Made by a program: the position numbers and the translations under genes. This document shows, piece by piece, positions 54,290 to 63,006 of a stretch of DNA of 64,000 nucleotides (positions are counted from its first letter, which is position 1; the number at the start of each line of letters is the position of its first letter). Below the pieces are notes generated by a model. The model was given only the letters and a program-made list of their open reading frames with translations. It was not told where the DNA came from and searched no databases. Source of the stretch: Thermoplasmata archaeon (lineage in GTDB: Archaea; Thermoplasmatota; Thermoplasmata; RBG-16-68-12; JAGMCJ01); contig JBHIFI010000002.1 of the NCBI GenBank assembly GCA_046761005.1, forward strand, positions 1,914 to 65,913, given 5' to 3'.

Positions 54290-55338
54290 GGCCTTATTCG
54301 ATAGAGTCGAAGGTAATCGATTTTTCTTCCAACGCGACCGAACAGGATGTCCTTTTTCACCCCATGAGCCAGCCTGACCGCCCTACTCACCTCAGGCCAC
54401 ATGCCCTTGTAGTTGGCGGGGAGGGAATGGATTAGATACTTCGCATGGTGAGTCTCCGTATCTCCTTTATAAGCGCGAAAATGTGAACCATACTTGAATC
54501 CCGTTTTCACAACGATTCCCCTTTCTTTTAGGTCCTCGTAGACCCTAAGCCTCATTCGGAAATCGGACTGCACCTTTAGAGCTTCCTTGATGAACGTGAC
54601 ATGGGAAATCCTTCTCCCGGTTCTTCCATTCACGACTTGTATATCTCCCCTCTTCATCAGAAAGGCGGTTTCTATGAGAGAGAGCTGGAGCCTGCTGCCA
54701 ATCATTCTTCCGAAGAACTCGCTCTCGTGGATCCTCCTCGCTTTTCCTGGATCTAATACCATGGTCCTGTCGCCCAGAAAGATGGCTTCTGCGGGAGGCT
54801 TCGTCTTTTTCTTCACCGTCCGTCCCTTCGGGCTGACCTTCGATATATTGTAATAGGTCAGATCACCCTCCTCGTCCACGACAGCTGCAAGAAGCTTTTT
54901 TCGAGCCGCCGTGGCCCTCTCCAAGAGGTTGAGCAAGCCATTCAAGTCGAAAACCGTTCTTTCGGAGATTGCAGCCACCCAGTATTTCGATGGTGCACTA
55001 GCAGGACCACCTCCTCTTGGGTAAACCCGGAAATCGAGAGGCCTAACGCCTGTCTTGATAACATATCCTCTCATCCTCAGGTCTCTGTAAACAAGATACC
55101 TGATCTCGAAATTATCCTCCCTCTTGTGAGCGAGGCGGATGAGATCGTCAGCACCGACCTTCTTCCCCCTGGTCTCAACTTCAATCCTTCCGTTTTCAAT
55201 TAGGTAGAGCCCCTCAATGAGTTCCAACTTGAGGGAACCCCCGGGCTGGGGCTTGCCGAAATAACCCTTGCTGTGTATCTGGCTGGCCTCTGATTCATCA
55301 AGGATTTCTATCTCTTCATTCCTGAGAATGGCAATCAT
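54286..55338 (-). CDS. endA: tRNA-splicing endonuclease EndA, long two-repeat (alpha2 dimer) form
   Basis: 350 aa with duplicated endonuclease domains. The C-terminal catalytic unit has the Y/H/K triad context ([10 protein letters not shown]...HHAKYL). Confidence 0.8.
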   Translation of the reverse strand: MIAILRNEEIEILDESEASQIHSKGYFGKPQPGGSLKLELIEGLYLIENGRIEVETRGKKVGADDLIRLAHKREDNFEIRYLVYRDLRMRGYVIKTGVRPLDFRVYPRGGGPASAPSKYWVAAISERTVFDLNGLLNLLERATAARKKLLAAVVDEEGDLTYYNISKVSPKGRTVKKKTKPPAEAIFLGDRTMVLDPGKARRIHESEFFGRMIGSRLQLSLIETAFLMKRGDIQVVNGRTGRRISHVTFIKEALKVQSDFRMRLRVYEDLKERGIVVKTGFKYGSHFRAYKGDTETHHAKYLIHSLPANYKGMWPEVSRAVRLAHGVKKDILFGRVGRKIDYLRLYRIRP

Positions 55339-55563
55339 CTTGGTCTCGATAGTGTCAGTCCTCTATAAATCTTCCCGGAGCGAGATCATCGATATCTCTA
55401 CTCAATTGGAGAACACGAGGTTTCAGGTTTGGTGTTGGTTCAGTAGCAGGTGGTGCAGAATGAATGGTTGATGCTGCTCATTTCAGAGTCCTCTCAAGAG
55501 ATCTAGCGTATTGCTGGCTTCGGTAGCTAATGAGGCTCGAAAGGTCTCTTCTTAGCCTCCCAA

Positions 55564-55758
55564 ACCATCGATTCTACATCACCTCAGTAGCAGGCCATGT
55601 AGAAAAAGAAGTGTAGAGACAGAAGTCGATTATTATAAGAGATTTCGAAATATAAAACTGAAAGAGTAGCAAGAAATCCGAGAATTCGGCGATTTTGAGA
55701 CAATACACCGACTTTTCTACACCGCCCCAGTTGCAGCGAATTATCTTTATATAGAAGA
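55564..55758. repeat. MITE-like element copy B. It has the conserved flank (55564-55583), the 11-nt TCAGTAGCAGG, the 133-nt core (55595-55727, identical to copy A), then CCAGTTGCAGCG and TATA TTTATATAGAAGA (55746-55758)
   Basis: Hand alignment with 20964-21159. In this locus the core is flanked by CAGTAGCAG / CAGTTGCAG (9 bp, 1 mismatch). Confidence 0.8.
55746..55758 (+). promoter_or_regulatory. TATA box TTTATATAGAAGA for the COG1395 regulator gene
   Basis: Identical 13-mer to 21147-21159. ATG 55791 lies 33 nt downstream of the TATA end, consistent with a leaderless transcript. Confidence 0.55.
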
Positions 55759-55790
55759 GTTTACCTATTGAAATTCGTGAATCGCCAGCA

Positions 55791-56718
55791 GATGATTGGT
55801 GAGGCTCGCGAGATTCTGGCGAAAACCGGATTCTATCTCTCACAAGAATTGGATACGAGGAGTATCAGCTTTGACTTCGTCGCTAGGCGAGACGATATGC
55901 TCTTGGTCGCGAAAGTGTTCCTGAACATAGACTCGCTGGGAAGGAAGTGCTCTCAGGAACTCAAGATTATAGCCTCCTGCTTGGAGGGAAGCCCACTCCT
56001 ATTGGGCAAGAGAAGCGGGTCGGGACAGCTCGAGGATGGTGCTATCTATTCTCGTTTTGGAATTCCAATCCTCTCCATAGGAACCCTCAGAGACTTCCTC
56101 GTCGAAGGTGTCCCCCCGTTCATGTTCTCCGCCCCTGGTGGTCTCTATGTGAAGCTTGATAGCTCTGTGATAAGAAAGGCCCGGGAAAAGAAGAACATAT
56201 CTCTGGGAACTCTCGCAGAAATGGCAGGCGTTTCTAGGCGAGCCATACAGATGTATGAGGATGGGATGGGAGCGACCATTGAGGTCGCTCTCAAACTCGA
56301 GGAATTCTTGAAAGAGCCCATAGTTCAAGCTGTCAATCCTTTCCGCATGATTCCGGATGCCGATCAGATACTGATGTCCTGGGACCAGCTCAACGCGTTC
56401 GAGAGGGACGTTTTCGAACATCTCTCCATGCTGGGGTATAGCATTATCCCAACCATCAGATGCCCATTCGATGCACTGACAAGGGATAAGAAGGTCATTC
56501 TATTGACGGGACTGGAAAGAAGGCAGGGAGACCTTTCGACGAAAGCAAAGGTAGTTGCAGACATATCCAGCGTTGTGGAAAAGGACTCCGTCATATTCGT
56601 TAGGCGTTTGACAATGAAACAAAATATCGAGGGAACACCAATTATCCGGAAAGAGGAACTCAAGAAGCTAAGAGACAGAGAGGAGATGCTGGATATGATT
56701 TCCGAGCGGAAGAAGTGA
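55791..56718 (+). CDS. HTH (XRE-type) domain transcriptional regulator, archaeal COG1395-like
   Basis: Central HTH ISLGTLAEMAGVSRRAIQMYEDG. Archaeal-specific N- and C-terminal domains. I prefer ATG 55791 over the ORF-track TTG 55768, which would sit only about 10 nt after the TATA. Confidence 0.65.
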
Positions 56719-56722
56719 TTCG

Positions 56723-57346
56723 ATGGACTCCGTGAGGAGGGGCGGTTCCTGTATTTTCGTAATGCCTGTGATAAGGGGCCTCGTCAGTGAGGCGAGGGAG
56801 GTAGATCGGGCGGTTCAGGAGACGAAACCGGATGCGCTTGGTATTTGCGTATCAAAAGAGGAACTCAAGACGTTGGACGCCCTTGGAGGTCAAAGGACAG
56901 AGCCCTCAAGCTCTCACGAGGAGGCCTATATGAGGGGACTGGAAAGATTCGGAGAGGTGAGGAAGCCACCGCCATGCTACTCTGAGGGGTTATCAATGGC
57001 AAAACGTCTGAGAATACCGTGCATCGCCTTGGACATGGATGAGAGTCTATATAGTGAGGCATACTGCACTTTCGTTTCTGTCGTTGATGTGATGAGGCAA
57101 ACGAGGGATTCTCGTGTAGTTCTGGAGAAGGAATTCCAGGCTCAGTCGCCCGAGGAATTCGTTTTGGAACTCGATGCGTACGTCAATAGGCACAAGGGTT
57201 TTGAGAGGCTGGAGCGGGAAAGGGAGAGATATATAGCTCTGAGACTGTCCAAAATGCAAGGCAAATGGTCAAGAATTCTTGCCCTTGTTGAAGTAGAAAG
57301 GGCAAATGGTGTCATCGAGAACTTGGAACGACTACTCCCTCTCTAG
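56723..57346 (+). CDS. Hypothetical protein, possibly TraB/PrgY-like; co-operonic with the upstream regulator
   Basis: 207 aa; starts 5 nt after the previous stop. A weak N-terminal resemblance to TraB-family proteins (....EVDRAVQETKPDALGICVSKEELKTL) is the only basis for the product call. Confidence 0.4.
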   Translation: MDSVRRGGSCIFVMPVIRGLVSEAREVDRAVQETKPDALGICVSKEELKTLDALGGQRTEPSSSHEEAYMRGLERFGEVRKPPPCYSEGLSMAKRLRIPCIALDMDESLYSEAYCTFVSVVDVMRQTRDSRVVLEKEFQAQSPEEFVLELDAYVNRHKGFERLERERERYIALRLSKMQGKWSRILALVEVERANGVIENLERLLPL

Positions 57347-60300
57347 CTCTATTGTCACTCCTCTGTCTACGTCACCTATGTCCAGATCGTAGATTATCGT
57401 ATCGCGACTGTCTACAATGTCCGATTTCCAGCCTGGCTGCTCATTCTTGTACCAGACGGTCTTTCCTGTGGATGTCCCTATTACGACGTCATCCCAATAG
57501 TCGCCATCAACATCGCCGGCCCTCAGCGCGTTGACATCACCATCAGTGTCCGCCACCTTGGTGCTGTTCCATGCCGTGCCGGGAAGTTCGTTCTCAAACC
57601 AGTATACCTTGTCGTCATCCGTACCTGCGACAACATCGAGGTCATCATCACCATCTATATAGGCAAGATCTACGGCGAGGACGGAACCAGTTGCTTCGAG
57701 AGTATCCCCTGAGGGGAGTTCGCCCGTGCCATCATTGTATCTCATATGGACATTCCCGCTTGAAGTGGCTAATGCTACGTCCAGGTCATCATCATCATCA
57801 ACGTCACCGATGGCGATATCGTTCACAGTGCTAACAGCGTTCCAAGCATAGTGTTCGGCGACCACTACATATCTTCTGATGAACATGTGGTCGATATAGA
57901 CAGTATCATTGTTCATGTTGCCGTTGGTGCTGTCCGTGTCTATGACCCTAACGTATATGTTACCGCTAATAGTCGTGGGAAGGCTAGCACCCGTGTATGT
58001 GTTCGGGTCTGAGGTGTAAGCGACAGTCACCATATCCGACCACGGGCCGCTCGAACTCGTCGAATACTGGAACAGAAAGTCGTCTTGCTCGCTGTTATCT
58101 GTGTGGTAGGCCTCAACAAAGAACTTGTATGCATCTCCGCCAGCAGCGATAGATTCAATTCTCCAGATGTGGTCGAGAGTGCTTGTCGTTCCGTTTTCCG
58201 TGGAGGACTCCACAAACATATAATCGATCGAGAGTGTAGTCGCCATTCCATCGGTATTACCATCATTCTTGCTGCTGTCGCTATCTCTTATCCAAATGTA
58301 GAGCTGTCCTCCATTGAATCCGGCTGTCTTCAGGTCAAACACATCCGTTCCCTTTGTCGTCCTGCTGATTGCCCACACGAAGGATGGATTTGAATCCGTT
58401 GACCATCCCACCTCGAAGGGCTCAGTGCCTGTGCTTATGTAGCTTGTAACTGAGAGCTCAATACTGTCTCCGGACGAAACATTTCCGAAGTTGTACATGT
58501 GCCCACCGGCGCCCCCAGATTCGTTCCTCAAACACCACCATTTGTTTACACCTGCTTCAGCGCACAAGTCTTCAGTCAGCGTTTCGTATGTCCCATCATT
58601 CGAATGGGTATCTTGATAATCTCCGACCACGATGTCATATACAGCCGCCTGCTCTCCATCCGCCAGATACGTGCTAACGTCATATGCAGTTCCATTCACT
58701 TCCTCTATAGATTCGTAGGTATCATCAGTGTACCAGGTATCTGTGTACTCTCCGGAAACAGTTCCGTTTCCGGATATGTCCTGATCTGCAAGATAATCGG
58801 TTGTTGTGACTGTGCCAAACATACCATCCGTGTTCGTGTATATCCAGACCTCAGTTCCTGTGGCCACAACGAGGTCATCATCATCATCGCCATCCATGTC
58901 AGCAAGCCTTATCGCCTTTATTTCTGAGCCAGTATCATCTATAGGCATGGGTGTCCAGGCATTGTCATTTGCGTACCACCACAGGTCCCCGTCCTGTGTT
59001 CCAGCAACTATGTCCAGCAGGCTATCCTTATCGACATAACCTACGTCTACGGCTGTTACAGCCACGCCTAGGTCGTCCACTTCTCTTCGCTGCCAGTAAT
59101 GACCCTCTCCGCCCTGATTTCTATACACGAATATCTTTCCGACTTCGATTCCCTCAACCAGGTCGAGGTCAGTATCATCATCAATGTCTCCATAGACTAT
59201 GGATAAGAAACCTCCTGCTCCCCATGGGGGGTCTTGGTGACCTGGGAACGGAACATAGGATTCCACCTCATACTGCTCCCATCTGAATACGAGGTTCTCG
59301 AAAAATAGCGAGTAGATTTTCAAATCGAATACCGGGTGCGAATAGTCTTCGATGGCGGTGGCTATGTCCAAGTACCATCGTGGTCCCCGGATGGTGACGA
59401 GCCTGTTGAGGGATACTTTGTATTCCTCATTGATATCCTTGAGATAGAGAATCCTCAGGGTGTAGGCGTTCTCACCAAAAAGCCAGGGATCAAAGTTTGG
59501 CTTTGACAAATCTATGCTGAATTTGTAACTGACGGAGTTGTTTACGCTTGCCTCACTGATCGGGGGATTGCCTGGCTTTGCCCAAATCTGAATACCGCCA
59601 CCGAAATCCTGAATCTTGATATTTCCAAATTCGAACGTAGCATCAGTGTCTTGGACAATAACCTTCACATACATCGTGTCTGTGTAGTTGAAGATGTCCG
59701 AGGGATGCTCATGATCAGGATCGAGGAAGGTCAGAACCTGGGGATAGTTCGTAACGTTTCCTTCCTCATCTGTGACGGTAATGAAGTCTTGAACCTCAAA
59801 CAGGTTGTCAGGTGGAGGATAGTAGCTTGATCTCAGTTTTATCCTGAGAGAATAGTGACCATAGTCTAGCAACCCATCAGTATAGCCATGGCCCGCGCTA
59901 GACGTGTTCCATCTATATTCCCATATGTAGAACTTGCCCACGTAGTCGACGAGCTCAAAGGCCTCGGTTGAAGAGGGAATCGAAGTTCGGTTCATTGGCC
60001 CGCCGCCGTAGACTATGGGTTGTGGGGAGAGACCAGACTCAGCCTTGAAGAGCCAGAACTTATTGTCCAGATCGCAGTCGGGAAGAAAGTGGCTCGCGAT
60101 GACGATAACGATTCTCTCACCTTTCACGAATGTTCTTGTTGCGTTGCCCTCCCATCTTCTCTTGTCCCACTCCGTCTCATTGAATATCTGATAGTGTTGC
60201 AGGCCGCTTCCAGGAAGGAGCTCAGGACCGAATCTCGGAGTGGTTATGTTTTCTGGATATTCATAGTAATAGTGGTAGGCGGCGCCAAGTTCCTCAATCT

Positions 60301-61144
60301 TGAGGATGAGCCTCGCGCTCGTATTGTGACCAGCATCATCCTCGGCGGTCATAATCACAAGAGCGCCATCAAAGGTTTCATCGGCAACGAATTCTGGATA
60401 GACGGCACTCCAAATGCCATCGTCTGCTTCCTCGTCACCCATTGAACCGTTGTCGTACATCTTGAAGCAGCCGTAGTCATCATAGAGAATCGTTATATTT
60501 ACATAGACGTCATTGTCGCTGTCGAAATCCCCATCCTTATCCTCAATTTTGGCGAATATTCCGAAGGACTCATTCCCACGCAAATCCTCTTTGGCGATAG
60601 TCTCGAGATTACCATCGAACCATTTCTGGACGAAAAGTGGCGGATACTCGCCTCCTGCTCCCAAAATAGTGGAACTCCAGATCACCTCACCTCTTATGGA
60701 TTCAATGACACCAACTTCGACTACATCATCCGCCTCGATTGTGTGATTCACAATACTCCAAACCTCATCTATCGTCCAGTTCTCATCATCTCTTAATCCG
60801 TAGGGATCTCCAGAATTGGGTCCATACTCAATGGTCCCCTGAGTTTTGAGAAGCTCAAAGTCCTCGTTCACTCTTATGAACACTTTCGTCCTAAAGCCAT
60901 ATAGTTTCTCTCCACCTTGGTGTGTGATGTTGATAATAGCTCCGTCCCAGACACCTTGTTCATAGATTGGAGTGAGGGCTCCCTCCATCTGTAGTTTCAC
61001 TGAAGCCTCTGGTGTTGGAATAGAGTACACCCAGATAAATATGGCCGAGAAGATGACCACTGTAATGAGCAGTATCAGTATCGTTCCCACAACTTCCGAC
61101 ACACCTTTACCATCGCGGGAGAAACGTTTCTTATAGAGTGACAT
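57332..61144 (-). CDS. Giant (1270 aa) surface protein with an archaeal class III (type IV pilin-like) signal peptide and FG-GAP/integrin-alpha-like beta-propeller repeats
   Basis: N-terminus MSLYKKRFSRDGKG|VSEVVGTILILLITVVIFSAIFIWVY matches the archaeal pilin N-terminal (Pilin_N) consensus [KR]G-VSxVIG.ILL.ITVV. Repeated Ca-binding-like DxDxDG..D..V units follow (DVDGDGDDDLVV, DIDDDTDLDLVEG, DMDGDDDDDLVVATG, DVDDDDDLDVAL, DGDDDLDVVAG, DVDGDYWDDVVIG). Many N-glyc sequons. TATA at 61182-61190 and a GGAGGA Shine-Dalgarno. Confidence 0.8.
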   Translation of the reverse strand: MSLYKKRFSRDGKGVSEVVGTILILLITVVIFSAIFIWVYSIPTPEASVKLQMEGALTPIYEQGVWDGAIINITHQGGEKLYGFRTKVFIRVNEDFELLKTQGTIEYGPNSGDPYGLRDDENWTIDEVWSIVNHTIEADDVVEVGVIESIRGEVIWSSTILGAGGEYPPLFVQKWFDGNLETIAKEDLRGNESFGIFAKIEDKDGDFDSDNDVYVNITILYDDYGCFKMYDNGSMGDEEADDGIWSAVYPEFVADETFDGALVIMTAEDDAGHNTSARLILKIEELGAAYHYYYEYPENITTPRFGPELLPGSGLQHYQIFNETEWDKRRWEGNATRTFVKGERIVIVIASHFLPDCDLDNKFWLFKAESGLSPQPIVYGGGPMNRTSIPSSTEAFELVDYVGKFYIWEYRWNTSSAGHGYTDGLLDYGHYSLRIKLRSSYYPPPDNLFEVQDFITVTDEEGNVTNYPQVLTFLDPDHEHPSDIFNYTDTMYVKVIVQDTDATFEFGNIKIQDFGGGIQIWAKPGNPPISEASVNNSVSYKFSIDLSKPNFDPWLFGENAYTLRILYLKDINEEYKVSLNRLVTIRGPRWYLDIATAIEDYSHPVFDLKIYSLFFENLVFRWEQYEVESYVPFPGHQDPPWGAGGFLSIVYGDIDDDTDLDLVEGIEVGKIFVYRNQGGEGHYWQRREVDDLGVAVTAVDVGYVDKDSLLDIVAGTQDGDLWWYANDNAWTPMPIDDTGSEIKAIRLADMDGDDDDDLVVATGTEVWIYTNTDGMFGTVTTTDYLADQDISGNGTVSGEYTDTWYTDDTYESIEEVNGTAYDVSTYLADGEQAAVYDIVVGDYQDTHSNDGTYETLTEDLCAEAGVNKWWCLRNESGGAGGHMYNFGNVSSGDSIELSVTSYISTGTEPFEVGWSTDSNPSFVWAISRTTKGTDVFDLKTAGFNGGQLYIWIRDSDSSKNDGNTDGMATTLSIDYMFVESSTENGTTSTLDHIWRIESIAAGGDAYKFFVEAYHTDNSEQDDFLFQYSTSSSGPWSDMVTVAYTSDPNTYTGASLPTTISGNIYVRVIDTDSTNGNMNNDTVYIDHMFIRRYVVVAEHYAWNAVSTVNDIAIGDVDDDDDLDVALATSSGNVHMRYNDGTGELPSGDTLEATGSVLAVDLAYIDGDDDLDVVAGTDDDKVYWFENELPGTAWNSTKVADTDGDVNALRAGDVDGDYWDDVVIGTSTGKTVWYKNEQPGWKSDIVDSRDTIIYDLDIGDVDRGVTIELERE

Positions 61145-61181
61145 CCTTCGTCCTCCTGTGCTACAGAAAGAAGCATCTGAG

Positions 61182-61190
61182 TTTATATAA
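61182..61190 (-). promoter_or_regulatory. TATA box (TTATATAAAC on the minus strand) for the pilin-like giant gene
   Basis: Lies about 40-46 nt upstream of ATG 61144. Shine-Dalgarno GGAGGA is the reverse complement of 61151-61156. Confidence 0.5.
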
Positions 61191-61278
61191 GTCTTATGTG
61201 GTAGTTACCATGTTTTGCACCATCCAATAGTCGGATGCGCACCGTCATGATTAAATAACGACTGCTCGATGATATCGC

Positions 61279-62430
61279 ATGGCAAAACTCACAGTCAACG
61301 ACAGGATACTGCTTCATCTTTTTGATTACAGGAAGATTCGGAATGACTTTCCCCCAGACATCACTCAGGCTGGGATGGCCTCTGCGATAGGTATTCAGAG
61401 AAGCCATATTCCTCGGTCTGTGAAGAAGCTTGAGGAAGAGGAGGCCATTGAGGAGAAAAGGGAGCGGATTCACGGTGCGGGAAGGCGGCTCAAGATGTAT
61501 TTTCTCACTGAGAGAGGGTATAGACGAGCAGCAATGATAAGAAGGAGGGTCGGTCGAAAGAGGATTCGAGTCCAATCTAGTGGAGGGGAGACAGAGCTTC
61601 CCATCTCGGAAGCCTCAAGACTTTACGAAATGAGCTATTCAGAGATCCTCGCAAATCTTGACCGTGAGGACGTGCTTGATATTCAAGGAATTCTTCGAAA
61701 GACACTGCTGGAGAAGAAGGAATTCGTAAACAGACAGACCGAGCTTCTTCGTGTCCGCGAGTGGCTCGCCAGCAAGAAGCCAGTTCTCGCCCTCTATGGT
61801 CATGTCGGCTACGGAAAGACCTCGCTCGTAAGGGGATTCCTCGAAATGACTGAAGGTTGGAGAGTTTTCTGGAAGGATCTTACTGAGGATGATGAAACAA
61901 CGGATGTTCTTAGACCGCTTGTGCGCTTCGTAGCAAAGAAGCGTGGTGACAGGGCCAGAAAGTGGCTCGAGGAAGGAAACATAGATAGTACGATATCCTC
62001 GCTCGGGAAGGATCTGAACGATTCTTGTTCGTTACTCATATTCGATAACTATAACATCGTTGGCGAGGACTTAGTCGACGCTTTTAACACACTTACTCAT
62101 CTGCTTTCTGGAATACAGAGGGCGAAAATGATAGTGATAGCGCAAGAGGCAACTCCCGCCTACTGTCGCTTCTATGATAGGAAAATGGTTGAGCGCGGAA
62201 TGGTCGACGAAATCCATCTCAAGGGTCTGAGCCAGGAGGATTCCAAGAGGCTATTGGGGAACCCTCGAATAGAGGACGAAGCGATGCGGCGTATATATCT
62301 TTTGACGAAGGGAAATCCACTATTCCTGACCCTCATACGGGAAGGCAAGGCGGACGAACTCAAGAAGAGATCTAGATTCACAACCCCAGAAATACAACTC
62401 CTTATGTTCTCAAAGACGGTGGAAGGCTAG
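61279..62430 (+). CDS. Winged-HTH DNA-binding domain fused to an AAA/archaeal-ATPase (PF01637-like) domain - putative transcriptional regulator
   Basis: N-terminus DRILLHLFDY...TQAGMASAIGIQRSHIPRSVKKLEEEEAIEE (wHTH). Then P-loop ALYGHVGYGKTSL and Walker B LLIFDNYN. Confidence 0.65.
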   Translation: MAKLTVNDRILLHLFDYRKIRNDFPPDITQAGMASAIGIQRSHIPRSVKKLEEEEAIEEKRERIHGAGRRLKMYFLTERGYRRAAMIRRRVGRKRIRVQSSGGETELPISEASRLYEMSYSEILANLDREDVLDIQGILRKTLLEKKEFVNRQTELLRVREWLASKKPVLALYGHVGYGKTSLVRGFLEMTEGWRVFWKDLTEDDETTDVLRPLVRFVAKKRGDRARKWLEEGNIDSTISSLGKDLNDSCSLLIFDNYNIVGEDLVDAFNTLTHLLSGIQRAKMIVIAQEATPAYCRFYDRKMVERGMVDEIHLKGLSQEDSKRLLGNPRIEDEAMRRIYLLTKGNPLFLTLIREGKADELKKRSRFTTPEIQLLMFSKTVEG

Positions 62431-62957
62431 AAGTCCACTCCCAGTCTTGAATGCATCCCCCTCTTAAATGGATGTTTGACCTCCCTTATCTCACTGACTA
62501 GGTCCGCCATATCAATGATCTCCTTTCTTGCATATCTCCCCGTGAGAATGATCTCCACGTTCTTGGGCTTTCTATTCAGGAGGTCGATAACATCTCCAAG
62601 CTCGACGAGATTCCATTCTATTGCCACGTTGATCTCATCCAGGATTACTATGTCGTATTCTCCGCTCAGTATGACCTCTTTCGATTTCTGAAGAGCCTTT
62701 CTTGCCAGCTTGACATCCTCCTCGGCCGGATTGTCTTTGTCCACGAACTCTGGTCTTCCGAACTGCTCGATGGTCAAACCCTCTATCTTTTCCGCAGCTC
62801 TTAACTCTCCATAGTCTATCTTTCCCTTCATGAACTGAATCATATAGACCTTCAAGCCATGACCGCATGCCCTCATTGCTAGACCCAGTGAGGCCGTTGT
62901 CTTGCCTTTTCCGGTACCAGTGTAAACCTGTATTAACCCAAGATCGCTCACGTGCAT
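62427..62957 (-). CDS. cobA: Corrinoid (cob(I)alamin) adenosyltransferase CobA/CobO/BtuR type
   Basis: IQVYTGTGKGKTTASLGLAMRA P-loop and VILDEINVAIEW motif. 176 aa. Confidence 0.85.
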   Translation of the reverse strand: MHVSDLGLIQVYTGTGKGKTTASLGLAMRACGHGLKVYMIQFMKGKIDYGELRAAEKIEGLTIEQFGRPEFVDKDNPAEEDVKLARKALQKSKEVILSGEYDIVILDEINVAIEWNLVELGDVIDLLNRKPKNVEIILTGRYARKEIIDMADLVSEIREVKHPFKRGMHSRLGVDF

Positions 62958-63006
62958 CCAATCCCAATGTCATTATTTAATCTTCTGCGAATTGTCCGAG
63001 GGTCTA

